Source: an uncultured Methanoregulaceae archaeon
GTDB lineage: Archaea > Halobacteriota > Methanomicrobia > Methanomicrobiales > Methanospirillaceae
Length of the DNA: 64,000 bases
Direction of reading: 5' to 3'
Assembly (NCBI GenBank): GCA_963737635.1
Contig: CAVTTL010000001.1
Span: 1,344,001-1,408,000 of the forward strand
The position numbers and the translations under genes are program-made. Shown piece by piece: positions 1-10,032 of the stretch. The notes below the pieces were generated by a model, which did no database searches, was not told the origin of the DNA, and saw only the letters and a list, made by a program, of their open reading frames with translations. The stretch's first letter is position 1. The number at the start of each line of letters is the position of its first letter.

Positions 1-792
1 GATAAGAAACTCCTTGCATTCCCCATAATCTCCGGTATTGTAACGCTGCTCGTCATCGCAACATTTATCCCTGTTATATTCTTTTCGAACGGTTTGTTTT
101 CATTTAACACGAATACCCTCGGTGGAATCGGTTTTCTTTTCCTCTTTTATCTCGTCAGTTACTTTGTTGTAATCTTCTTTAACGTAGGTCTGATCAGCTG
201 TGTTAACGCAAAGCTGAACGGAAAAGATATGACGGTCAAAGAGGGGCTCTCAGCCGCCACTCGCCACCTCGGCTCAATCATTGCCTGGGCGGTCGTGGCT
301 GCCACAGTTGGTCTCATCCTGCGCATGATCGAAGACCGGTCCGGGTTCCTTGGCCAGATCGCCGCCTCGATTATCGGCGGTGCGTGGAGCCTGGTCACCC
401 TTTTTGTTGTACCGGTACTCGCTTTCGAGGACAAAGGTGTCTTTGAAGCAATGAAGGAATCGCTGGAACTTTTCAAAAAGACCTGGGGAGAGAGCGTTAT
501 CGGAACGATCTCGATCTCTCTCATCTTTGCTGTTATCGGCTTTGTGGGCCTCCTTCTTGTAATCGGCACACTTTTCGTCGGTAATACGACGCTCTTTTTG
601 GCTGCTCTTGCGCTCTTCATTGTGCTCGTTGCCGTTCTTGCAATCCTCGCATCTGCGATGCAGGGAATTTTCACCGTAGCGTTGTATACGTATGCAAAAA
701 CCGGCTCAGCACCGGGTATTTTTCCTCCCGGTATAGTTGAAAGTGCGTTTACCCCGTCAAACCGACAGCAGTTCGGCCCGGGAAACATCTGA
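1..792 (+). CDS. Polytopic membrane protein, DUF6159-like (5'-truncated by window edge)
   Basis: Frame +1 is open from base 1 (DKKLLAFPIISG...). Several TM segments and the motif S.ELFKKTWGE. Confidence 0.7.
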   Translation, partial: DKKLLAFPIISGIVTLLVIATFIPVIFFSNGLFSFNTNTLGGIGFLFLFYLVSYFVVIFFNVGLISCVNAKLNGKDMTVKEGLSAATRHLGSIIAWAVVAATVGLILRMIEDRSGFLGQIAASIIGGAWSLVTLFVVPVLAFEDKGVFEAMKESLELFKKTWGESVIGTISISLIFAVIGFVGLLLVIGTLFVGNTTLFLAALALFIVLVAVLAILASAMQGIFTVALYTYAKTGSAPGIFPPGIVESAFTPSNRQQFGPGNI

Positions 793-850
793 TTACTCTT
801 ATTTTTTTGATTTTACCAGGATCCGCATTATTACCGATTTTCAGGACGCA

Positions 851-1561
851 CTAATAACTGAGCTGGCATTTTTCGAAATTTCCGTCCGTGTAGACCATGA
901 TAGTGACGGGTGCGCCCTTCCTGTGCTGTCGCATGCGACTGTCGTAGATTTTCTGGACGTGTCGGAGCCCGTGCCGGGCAAACCATTCCTGCACGCATTC
1001 TAAAAATGCGATCTGGTGAGTGAGGAAGGCATGTTCATATTCCATTGTTTCCCGGGCAATAGCAAGACTTTCATCGTCTGTGATCTTTATATCGTATTCC
1101 CCATGCTTGTCAAGACCGGAGATCTGGCGCCAGTCCACGTTTCCTCTTTCATCAGGTTCCCGGTGGAGCATGTAAGGGTAGATCCGGCAGATCGCAAACC
1201 TGTTCTCATATATCCTGCACCTACCGTTTTCAAGGAACCAACACGATCCTACGGCGTCATTCTTTACCTTCAGTGCATAGCCGGACACATAGAATATGCC
1301 GTTCTGGTCGCAGAACTCGGGATTCGGAGCCGGTTCGAGTGCTTCGGGATCGATTTCACGAACTATAACTACATCCCGGTCGAGAAGGAAAACATGGCCG
1401 TTGAATGCACGTGTGCAGCATTTTGCGCAAGCAGTGCACCGGAACCCGACATCCCGTATTACACCGGGAAGATGATGTATCGGATACTCAAAAAGGGCAT
1501 TTTCCTCCTGCATCAGGGCAGCGATACGGTAGGGAATGGGGGTAAGAGAAACGATAACCAC
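851..1561 (-). CDS. YkgJ/UPF0153 family Zn/Fe-chelating cysteine-cluster protein
   Basis: FRCTACAKCC motif and CWFL..GRCRIYE.R..ICRIYPY motif. Start uncertain. Confidence 0.85.
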   Translation of the reverse strand: MVIVSLTPIPYRIAALMQEENALFEYPIHHLPGVIRDVGFRCTACAKCCTRAFNGHVFLLDRDVVIVREIDPEALEPAPNPEFCDQNGIFYVSGYALKVKNDAVGSCWFLENGRCRIYENRFAICRIYPYMLHREPDERGNVDWRQISGLDKHGEYDIKITDDESLAIARETMEYEHAFLTHQIAFLECVQEWFARHGLRHVQKIYDSRMRQHRKGAPVTIMVYTDGNFEKCQLSY

Positions 1562-1747
1562 CGCTATGTACGGGATAGGGCGTCAACAAATATTGCCTTT
1601 GTGCCATCTCCTGTAAGGAGGGGAATGATCCTCATGAATATCCGAAAACGGTTAAAAACTACAAAACGGGAAATGTTTGAAACCGGGCGAATAAAATATT
1701 CCTTTTATCTTGAATAGTTTTCCCGGATAAAATTTTTGTTGGGGTTT

Positions 1748-2032
1748 TCAGAGTACGGTTCGCAGCAATGCAATGTTTTTTTCCAGTTTTGCAAGAATTT
1801 TCTCGCCAGAACGGTTCTGCGGGATCTTTTCTTCAGTAAAACTTTTACTGAGACCGTATTTCACAAAAATTTCACCTTCCGTGCTGAGATAAATATTGTT
1901 CAGTATCTGCTGATCACGCAACCGGTCAAAATCAGTGATTCCTTTCTGCGAAAGCATTTCGCGAATCCGTTTCACCTTTCCGCGCTCATATGCACTCAGG
2001 TTTTTTGAGCCTTTTGGTCGTCCTCGTGGCAT
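1748..2032 (-). CDS. Small basic protein with N-terminal AT-hook (putative DNA-binding protein)
   Basis: Starts MPRGRPKGSKN at ATG 2032; K/R-rich; TATA-like TATATATA about 25-30 nt upstream. Confidence 0.65.
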   Translation of the reverse strand: MPRGRPKGSKNLSAYERGKVKRIREMLSQKGITDFDRLRDQQILNNIYLSTEGEIFVKYGLSKSFTEEKIPQNRSGEKILAKLEKNIALLRTVL

Positions 2033-2270
2033 ATACAAAAAGTTTTGTCTGGATCTATATATATGGATAGGATCGTTGGCATGATTGAGACCATGATTGA
2101 TATATAATTGAAAGATAATCCGGGAATATAAGGATTCGCAAAATCGCTTTCAAACGAAGAATTTCCCCAAAAAAATGGAATATTCGTGGAGATTTGTCCG
2201 GATTTTGAATACAAAAAGATACGCGCGGAAAAAATGAAAAAAAAAAGCGACAAAAATTACAGCACCGATT

Positions 2271-2735
2271 TTATGAACCCACCATAATGGGTGTTTGCTT
2301 TTCTGGGGCCTTTTTCTGCACTGCCGGTTTCTGGAGATGAGCCTGATGTGAAGGTTCTTTTGCTTTCTCTTCGTGATGCCCAGTCATTATCCTGCTCTGG
2401 TGTGCGAGCGCTGAAAGAATCTGCCGGCTGACTTCAAGATTTTCCTTGGTGAGTGCGGCTATATCCGCCATAATTTTTGTCTGATCGGCGATAAGCGCTT
2501 GGATCTCATGAGAATTTGTCGCACCGGTATCAGCCTGCGGAAGGGTCAGTTGTCGTTTCTTTGCAAATTCGCTCCGGCGCTTCCATATCTTGCTGATACT
2601 GTCAAGGCCTTTTTTTGTATCCGGGAATACTTTGAGGTACTGCTCATAAAATTCATGGCTGTCCCTGCACGTGAGGACGAGATCGATCTCTGCCTCCTCA
2701 ACTACTTGGTATTTTCGGGCTGGAGTTTTCTGCAT
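2271..2735 (-). CDS. Hypothetical protein with central coiled coil
   Basis: 154-aa ATG ORF with a heptad-like segment (IQALIADQTKIMADIAALTKENL) and a T-rich tract downstream. Confidence 0.65.
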   Translation of the reverse strand: MQKTPARKYQVVEEAEIDLVLTCRDSHEFYEQYLKVFPDTKKGLDSISKIWKRRSEFAKKRQLTLPQADTGATNSHEIQALIADQTKIMADIAALTKENLEVSRQILSALAHQSRIMTGHHEEKAKEPSHQAHLQKPAVQKKAPEKQTPIMVGS

Positions 2736-2934
2736 AACTATACACTTCTAAGTCTACCATGCGGGAAAAAAGAATTGTGGTTCATGCGTATCTTTGCTCA
2801 TCACAAATAACGAAAGCAAAACCGTATTTGGTTTTTTTGTTTTCTGCGAACAGGATATATCATTGGATGTTGCCATCGATCATTTTCACCCTGCCCACCC
2901 CTCTGCATAAAAGGCTGGTACTTCACCATTCTTT

Positions 2935-3390
2935 ATGGCGTTTGAAGATGCCCTCGTTTATGTCGTCATAGCACTAGTCGCCGGGTTTCTGTTAGGCTGG
3001 TTATTTGTGAAGGCGCAGATTTCCGCTATTGAGCAACGATACCGGGCGGATCTTGAACGGTGGAAAGCCGAATCTGCCGCAGAGATACGGAAAGACTCGG
3101 TCAACCGGTCCCGTTCTACCTTGAAAGGAAAAATTGCCGAACAGATGGCTCCCCTGCTGCCGGAGTTTGCATATCTTCCCGCAGATGCCCGGTTCATCGG
3201 GTCCCCGGTCGATTACATTGTCTTCGATGGCCTTTCAACAGTTGCCGATGAAAAAGGATCCGCTATCAGTATCGTATTCATGGACGTGAAGCATGGGAGC
3301 GCCACGCTTTCCCGGACACAGCGGATAATAAAGAAAGCGGTAGAGGAAAAAGCTGTTTCATGGCAGACTCTTCATCTTGAAGACCACTGA
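2935..3390 (+). CDS. Membrane-anchored Holliday-junction-resolvase-like endonuclease (Endonuc_Holl)
   Basis: N-terminal TM helix; SRSTLKGKIAEQMAP, DARFIGSPVDYIVFDG and DVK PD-(D/E)xK-type motifs. Confidence 0.85.
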   Translation: MAFEDALVYVVIALVAGFLLGWLFVKAQISAIEQRYRADLERWKAESAAEIRKDSVNRSRSTLKGKIAEQMAPLLPEFAYLPADARFIGSPVDYIVFDGLSTVADEKGSAISIVFMDVKHGSATLSRTQRIIKKAVEEKAVSWQTLHLEDH

Positions 3391-3547
3391 TGGGTAGTGC
3401 TGGATAAGACCCAGCGCGTCCGTTAGATAAATCTACTTTCCCTTGGAAAATTGAACGGCACCGGAAAGATGCAGAGGCAAAAAGACCATGTTCTGTTGAT
3501 TTAACTACTGAGTTCTCACGTATTGAGGGTTAAAAATCGAGAAAAAA

Positions 3548-4045
3548 TTAGTAGGCCCTAAAAGGCACAAACTCGTCGATGATCTTGACCCGGTCTCCTT
3601 GGGGGGTAACCACCCAGACTTCCGCCCTATCATTGTTACCGGTCGTGCCCGGGAGACTGACGGTAGTCTGACCTATATAGAGGGGTTGTGTCATATTGCC
3701 GGTCTCTACTATACCATCGGAACGAGTAAGCATAACGTCGATTTCAGGAATTAAATTCTGGCCCATGCCACCTTCGAATGTGAAAATTACCTGCGGATTT
3801 ATTGCCTTTCCATTACTTTGTACCTGAACCGTCACATCCCAATTAGGTTGTACCGTCTGGGTTGGCCCCGGTGTTGCGGGCACAAAGGTAGTTGGTACGG
3901 CAGTAGCCGAGGTAACTGGAACAACTGTGGTTTGTTGCGTCGTTGGAACCGGTGTTGCCTGCTGGGTTGCGGGTTGAGTACACCCGGCAAAGAAAAGGAA
4001 AAGCACAAGGAATGCAATACCGCCAAGGAGTAAATTCATTTTCAT
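3548..4045 (-). CDS. Secreted/lipoprotein-like surface protein with Pro/Thr-rich linker
   Basis: Signal peptide ending FAGC followed by a PT-rich stretch. Confidence 0.75.
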   Translation of the reverse strand: MKMNLLLGGIAFLVLFLFFAGCTQPATQQATPVPTTQQTTVVPVTSATAVPTTFVPATPGPTQTVQPNWDVTVQVQSNGKAINPQVIFTFEGGMGQNLIPEIDVMLTRSDGIVETGNMTQPLYIGQTTVSLPGTTGNNDRAEVWVVTPQGDRVKIIDEFVPFRAY

Positions 4046-4233
4046 GCAGGAGGTTTCACCTTGTGAAGTATTTAGGGTTGTGTGTGGGAACAGGGAAAAC
4101 CATTTTTTAATCTGGAAGATTCCGCTGAGTCAGTCGAGCCATTTGTTCACGGACTGGCAGTACGTGTACATATCTTTGATATCGATCGTTTTCGGCGATA
4201 AAAGGATTTTTAATTATAGGCTAGAGAGTGATT

Positions 4234-5827
4234 TCACTCATGACGCCCTTGAGCTGGTTCGATCCCGGTAGGTTGGCCCCGGATCGTGCGCTCCTTCATG
4301 ATTGTGTAAACCTCTTCTGCGCAGTCACGGGGCACCTCAACAAAAGAGTACGTATCGAGGATCCTTATTGCCCCGATGGACTTACCTGGGATACCCGTTT
4401 CACCGGCAATTGCACCAACAATGTCCTTTGGGGCGACATTATGGTCGCGGCCGAGACCCAAAAAGAACCTTACCATACCGGGTTCTGCTCCGGTATCGCC
4501 GAAATCAACCGGGGTACTGCGGTCCTTGTGGGAATCCGCACCCTGTTCCATACGCATTTTCAAAAGAGCAGCGGCGATTTCAAGCGTGGAAAGATCGCCT
4601 TCCTGTTCGATCATCCGTGCATACTGCTCAATACCGCCTTTTCTGACAGTCTCGTGGACCTCGTCGATTATCGTCCGGGTCCTTGACTCCATCACATCGT
4701 TTGCGGTGGGGAGCGCTTTTTTTGGGATCTGGACTTTTATGTATTTCTGGATCTCCCGGAAGCTTGGTGTAGTCGCGGGGCGTAACAAACATGATTGCCC
4801 GACCGCTTTTGCCTGCCCGTCCAGTCCTGCCGATACGGTGGACATAGTACTCAACGTCCTGCGGGACGTCGTAGTTAATCACCATATCCACATCCTCGAC
4901 ATCTATCCCGCGCGCGGCAACATCTGTTGCGATGAGGATATCAATACTGCCTTTCCGGAAACCGCTCATGACCCGGTCCCGCTGGGACTGTTTCATATCT
5001 CCATGGAGCTCCTCGGCGCGGTAACCCCGTGCCCGGATGTGGCCGGCAAGGTCTTCTGCGCCCCTCTTAGTATTGCAGAAGATGATAGTAAGCTCCGGGT
5101 CGACGACATCGATTACCCGGCAGAGAGACTCGAGCTTGTCCCGGTCCCTCACTTCGATATAGGATTGTTCGATAGCAGGAACGGTGAGTTCTTGGTACTC
5201 AACCCGGACAAACTCAGGCCGGTTCTGGAATCTTTTTGAGATCTCGATGATGGGCTGGGGCATCGTCGCGGAGAAAAGGAGTGTCTGCCTCTTCTGGGGA
5301 ATGCGTTTGAGGATATACTCAATGTCATCCCGGAACCCCATATCCAGCATCTGGTCAGCCTCGTCGAGCACTACCCTGGAGACATTGTCGAGCGAGAGGG
5401 TCCGGCGCCTGAGATGGTCCATCACGCGCCCAGGCGTCCCGATAACGACGTGGACGCCATGGGCAAGGGCTTTGAGCTGGCGTTCTATGGGCTGACCGCC
5501 ATAGACCGGGAGAACGGAAATTTTCGGAAGATAGGTAAGGAGATGGGAGAACTCCTCGGCAATTTGGATAGCGAGTTCCCGTGTCGGGCACAGGACAATA
5601 GCCTGCACGACCCGTTGCGAAGCGTCGATGTTTTCGATAACAGGAATGCCAAATGCTGATGTCTTCCCGGTACCTGTCTGTGCCTGCGCGGTCACGTCCC
5701 GGCCGGACTGGATAAGGGGAATGGCAAGCGCTTGGATGGGGGTAGGCTCTTCAAAGCCCATGTTTTCGATGGCTTTCTCGATCTCTTTTGAAAGCGAAAG
5801 ATCGGAAAACTGCAATCTTGAATTCAT
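4234..5827 (-). CDS. DEAD-box RNA helicase with DbpA-type C-terminal RNA-binding domain (one frameshift near 4758)
   Basis: Q motif GFEEPTPIQ, AQTGTGKT, PTRELA, DEAD, SAT, HRIGRTGRAG. The C-terminus (REIQKY...KDIVGAIAGETGI) continues in ORF 4234..4854. Confidence 0.9.
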
Positions 5828-5943
5828 ATCGCACGACTATTTGACGCTCAGGCTCATAAGATGTACCTTATCTCATAGTTTCCCCGGGACTACTAATAGT
5901 ATTATCAACGGGGCGATGCTACCGGGAATTGTCAGGGAACACC

Positions 5944-6516
5944 ATGAAAGTCATCGCATTTAATGGGAGCGCCCGCAAGGACGGTAATACCGCGATCCTT
6001 GTACGGACACTGTTTAAAGAGCTCGAAAAAGGAGGCATCAAGACCGAGCTTGTGCAGCTTGCAGGCAAGAAACTGCACGGGTGCACTGCCTGCATGAAGT
6101 GCATGGAGAATCGGGATCGCCGCTGTGTGATCGACGATTTTGCAAACGACTGCATCAAAAAGATGGACGAAGCTGACGGGATCATTCTTGCCTCGCCGAC
6201 ATATTTCTCTGATGTAACTGCGGAAATGAAGGCACTGATCGACCGGTCTGGTTTTGTTGCCATGGCAAACGATTCGATGTTCCGGCGCAAAGTGGGGGCC
6301 GCGGTTGTGGCAGTGCGCCGGGGCGGGGCAATCCATACATTCGATACGATCAATCATTTCTTCTTCATCAGCCAGATGGTCGTCCCGGGATCATGCTACT
6401 GGAACGTTGGAATCGGGCTTGCGCCGGGCGACGTGGATCATGATGAGGAAGGGCTCAACACCATGAAAGTGCTGGGCGAGAACATGGCATGGGTCATGAA
6501 AAAACTCAAGAAGTAA
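5944..6516 (+). CDS. Iron-sulfur flavoprotein (Isf) / flavodoxin-like NADPH-dependent FMN reductase
   Basis: GSARKDGNT, compact CTACMKC...C cluster motif, ASPTYF. Confidence 0.88.
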   Translation: MKVIAFNGSARKDGNTAILVRTLFKELEKGGIKTELVQLAGKKLHGCTACMKCMENRDRRCVIDDFANDCIKKMDEADGIILASPTYFSDVTAEMKALIDRSGFVAMANDSMFRRKVGAAVVAVRRGGAIHTFDTINHFFFISQMVVPGSCYWNVGIGLAPGDVDHDEEGLNTMKVLGENMAWVMKKLKK

Positions 6517-6554
6517 TTTTTTTCATTCCTGGCACCGAGGAGACTTCGGGGCAT

Positions 6555-8000
6555 TCATTCTTTCAAGCATTCAAGTGTGCTTGTATCCTCTTCAATCCTG
6601 CTGTGGTGCCGGCTGTAAAGGACGTAGATCACGAGGCCGACGGCAAGCCAGAGTACGAATCTCAGGTGGGTCACGAGCGGCAGTGCAACGATCAGTAAAC
6701 CGCAGGAGAGGATGCAAAAAACCGGCACAAAGGGGACAAACGGGCACCTGAACGGCCGGGGTAGCGATGGTTGCGTGTGACGGAGGACGATTATGCCAAG
6801 CGAGACAATCATGAATGCAGCAAGCGTTCCGATGTTGACAAGCTCGGCGATGGCAGTTAGCGGGAGAAAGCCGGCGATGAGCGCGATGACGGCACCGACA
6901 AGGATAGTGACCTTGGCCGGGGTCCGGTAAACGGGATGGATCTGCCGGAAGATCCCAGGGAGCAGGCCGTCCCTTGACATGGCAAAGAAGATGCGGGTCT
7001 GCCCGTACAGGAGCACAATGATAACGGAGGTGATCCCGCAGATTGCCCCGACCGAGATCAGCGCGGATCCCCACGAGATCCCAATCTGTTCAAGGGCAAA
7101 AGCAACCGGGGCACTCGTCCCCGCAAAGAGTGTGTAAGGAACGATCCCGGTGAGAACTGCGGAGACGGCAATATAGAGCACGGTCGCGATTGCAAGCGAT
7201 GAAAGAATGCCAAGAGGTACGTCCCTTTGCGGGTTTTTGACTTCTTCTGCTGCAGTCGAGACTGCATCGAAACCGATATAGGCAAAAAAGACGATCGCTG
7301 CCCCAGTAAGGACACCGCTCCAGCCAAACGGCATAAATGGTACCCAGTTAACCGGCCGGATATGTCCGAAGGCGAGGTACAGGAAGAGAAGGATCACGCC
7401 AAGCTTTATCGCGACAATCACCGTGTTGACACGGGCACTCTCCCGTACTCCGATGATGAGCAGAACGCTTACTAAAAGGACGATGATCATTGCCGGGAGA
7501 TTGACCCGTCCCCCGCTTGTACCGGGTGGGTTTATGAATGCAGCGGGTATTATGATCCCTGCACCTGCCATGAGGCTTGTGGCATACCCGGACCCACCGA
7601 CCGCCACAGCTGCAATGGAAACCCCGTATTCGAGGATCAGGTCCCAACCGATGATCCAGGCCCAAATCTCACCGAGCGATGCATAGCTGTACGTATACGC
7701 GCTTCCGGCGACAGGAACCATCGCGGCAAACTCCGCGTACGAGAGGGCGGCAAATGCACAAACGATGCCGGCGATGATAAAAGAGATGACAAGTGCCGGC
7801 CCGGAATAGTTCGCTGCCACCAAACCGGTAATGACAAAGATACCGGTACCGATAATGGCACCGATACCCATGAGCGTCAGATCGAGCGGCGAGAGGACCT
7901 TCTTAAACGCGTGCTCGCCACCGGTACACTCCATGAGCTTGTCGACGGTTTTGGTCCGGAAGGCCCGGGTATTTTTTGGGATGAGTGCCCTGAGGTTCAT
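6555..8000 (-). CDS. APC-family amino acid permease
   Basis: GAIIGTGIF, GSAYTY and FAYIGFD motifs; about 12 TM helices. Confidence 0.92.
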   Translation of the reverse strand: MNLRALIPKNTRAFRTKTVDKLMECTGGEHAFKKVLSPLDLTLMGIGAIIGTGIFVITGLVAANYSGPALVISFIIAGIVCAFAALSYAEFAAMVPVAGSAYTYSYASLGEIWAWIIGWDLILEYGVSIAAVAVGGSGYATSLMAGAGIIIPAAFINPPGTSGGRVNLPAMIIVLLVSVLLIIGVRESARVNTVIVAIKLGVILLFLYLAFGHIRPVNWVPFMPFGWSGVLTGAAIVFFAYIGFDAVSTAAEEVKNPQRDVPLGILSSLAIATVLYIAVSAVLTGIVPYTLFAGTSAPVAFALEQIGISWGSALISVGAICGITSVIIVLLYGQTRIFFAMSRDGLLPGIFRQIHPVYRTPAKVTILVGAVIALIAGFLPLTAIAELVNIGTLAAFMIVSLGIIVLRHTQPSLPRPFRCPFVPFVPVFCILSCGLLIVALPLVTHLRFVLWLAVGLVIYVLYSRHHSRIEEDTSTLECLKE

Positions 8001-8043
8001 GAGTATGCCATCATTATTTTATAGCAGTTGATCAGGAATACTC

Positions 8044-8787
8044 TCACACCTCAATCGTTGTCCCATCCTCAGATATCACTAAGCCCGGGCATTCCTTTTC
8101 AAACTGTCCCTTCAGGGCCCGGCGTTCTTCAAGGGTATGGTACACCTCTGCCCCGAAATGCGTTAGTGCAAGGCGTTTTGCCTTGGCCACTTCGGCGATA
8201 TGGATCGCATCTTCGGGATTCAGGTGCTGCCAGTCCGGGCTTTTCTGCCCGGGCTTTAGCCCGCACTCGGTGATGAGAAGATCGGCGCCGCGGGCAAGAG
8301 TGATTGCGTTGTCGCAGATGCCGGTGTCGGTGCAGTAGGTAACGATCTTACCGTCAATCTCGAACCTGAACCCCCGGCAAGGAACGGGATGGACCAGCGG
8401 CAGGGAAGTGATCTTAAAAGGAAGTTCATGGACGCCGTCGGTGAGTTCCTTCACTGTGACCGCGAAGGGGACTTTGTCAAGCGGCACCGTGTAAGGATCG
8501 CGGACAAGCCCTGCAAGATCTGCCTTTGTGCCGACCTGTCCGCAAATTGTCAGCCCTTTCCTGAACCGGAACTTCACCAGCGTGTGGAGCCCTTCGGTAT
8601 GGTCGAGGTGGAAATGACTGATGAACAGGAAGACCGGCTTATCCTGCGAAATATACCGGTTAGCCTTTGCGATACCGTTTCCAGCATCAAGGATGATATT
8701 GCAATCCTGTGCCGAAATCAGGGCCGAGACCGTGTTCCCGGTGGCGGAGTCGTACCAGCCGTTTGTTCCAAGAAAGGTAACCTTCAT
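8044..8787 (-). CDS. Metallo-beta-lactamase fold hydrolase (RNase Z/BN-like)
   Basis: MKVTFLGT, LDAG, HFHLDH, YCTDT, LITE and LTHF motifs. Confidence 0.85.
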   Translation of the reverse strand: MKVTFLGTNGWYDSATGNTVSALISAQDCNIILDAGNGIAKANRYISQDKPVFLFISHFHLDHTEGLHTLVKFRFRKGLTICGQVGTKADLAGLVRDPYTVPLDKVPFAVTVKELTDGVHELPFKITSLPLVHPVPCRGFRFEIDGKIVTYCTDTGICDNAITLARGADLLITECGLKPGQKSPDWQHLNPEDAIHIAEVAKAKRLALTHFGAEVYHTLEERRALKGQFEKECPGLVISEDGTTIEV

Positions 8788-8958
8788 ACCCGGAACTTGG
8801 CCTTCTTTCATCATCAAGGTGCAGGTACCTGGGAGATTGCTGTGAGGGACTAACCCGTTCTCGCGCTTTTCCTGTGAGATCGATCACAATCTCCATGTAC
8901 CAGGGCGCCGCAATGGTAATCAGATGCAGGTAATTCCCGCACCGGAGCGTGGCCGCCT

Positions 8959-9804
8959 ATGGCACCGGTAAGAGTCGGCGTACATGTCTCAATCGCCGGT
9001 TCGCTCGATCTTGCCGTCGACCGGGCAAAGGATGCCGGCTGCGATGTCTTCCAAATGTTCTCGCGCAACCCCCGGGGATGGGGGTTCAAGCCGCTCGCTG
9101 ACGATGACTGCACCCTTTTCAAGCAGAAAATCAAGACGACCGGTCTTCTCCCGGTCGATCATATGCCCTACCTCCCCAACTTCGCATCCCCGAAGTCCGA
9201 GAATTGGGATAAATCGGTGCAGACCCTTCAGGCTGAACTCGATCGATGCGGGCGCCTCGGCATTCCGTATCTTGTCACCCATCTTGGCCATCACCTCGGG
9301 GACGGGATCGCGGGAGGAAGAGCGCGGGTGATAAAAGCAGTAAACACAGCGCTTGAAACATCAGATAATGACGTAATGCTGTTACTTGAAAATACCGCCG
9401 GCGAGAAGAACAGTGTCGGTAGCAGTTTCGAGCATATTCAGGCGATCATCAACGGGATTGAAAAAAGCGACCGGGTTGGCATATGTTTCGATACCTGCCA
9501 CGCATTCGCCGCTGGGTACGAGCTGCGCACCGAGGATGGTCTTGCTGCCACCCTTGTACAATTGGACAAGACCCTGGGTATCGATCGGCTCAAGGTCATC
9601 CATGTCAATGACACCAAAGGCGATCTTGGGAGCGGCCTTGACCGGCACGAGCATATCGGTATGGGGTTCATCGGCGAAGATGGCTTTCGTCGCATCCTTC
9701 ACAACCCGGTCTTCTCCCGACTCCCGCTCATCTGCGAAACGCCGGTAGATGACCGAAGAGACGACCGGGGCAATATTCAGGCAGTGCGGGACCTTGCCCG
9801 ATAA
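8959..9804 (+). CDS. nfo: Endonuclease IV (AP endonuclease)
   Basis: GVHVSIAG, HMPYLPN, LENTAG, DTCH, DRHEHIG and ETP motifs. Confidence 0.93.
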   Translation: MAPVRVGVHVSIAGSLDLAVDRAKDAGCDVFQMFSRNPRGWGFKPLADDDCTLFKQKIKTTGLLPVDHMPYLPNFASPKSENWDKSVQTLQAELDRCGRLGIPYLVTHLGHHLGDGIAGGRARVIKAVNTALETSDNDVMLLLENTAGEKNSVGSSFEHIQAIINGIEKSDRVGICFDTCHAFAAGYELRTEDGLAATLVQLDKTLGIDRLKVIHVNDTKGDLGSGLDRHEHIGMGFIGEDGFRRILHNPVFSRLPLICETPVDDRRDDRGNIQAVRDLAR

Positions 9805-9810
9805 TTTTTT

Positions 9811-10014
9811 TTAATATCGCCGGATATGAGTGATGCGCTCTTCACTTACCGGTTGTTCGTAGTACTCCGGTGAATAGATTCGCTCTTCCACGACTCCTGC
9901 TGCCTCTTCGAGGTTTTTGGTCATTGCCAGGCATTCAGAACCGTGCGCTCCATTAACTTTAACCTGTATTCTTCCTTCCTTATCGATCACGATCTCCATT
10001 TCCTGCATTTCCAT
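9811..10014 (-). CDS. DUF2997-like small acidic protein
   Basis: IVIDKEGRIQVKVNG.HGSECL.MTKNLEE..G.V.....PEYY pattern; GGAGG SD upstream. Confidence 0.75.
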   Translation of the reverse strand: MEMQEMEIVIDKEGRIQVKVNGAHGSECLAMTKNLEEAAGVVEERIYSPEYYEQPVSEERITHIRRY

Positions 10015-10032
10015 GATTTTTTCCTCCTTTTG

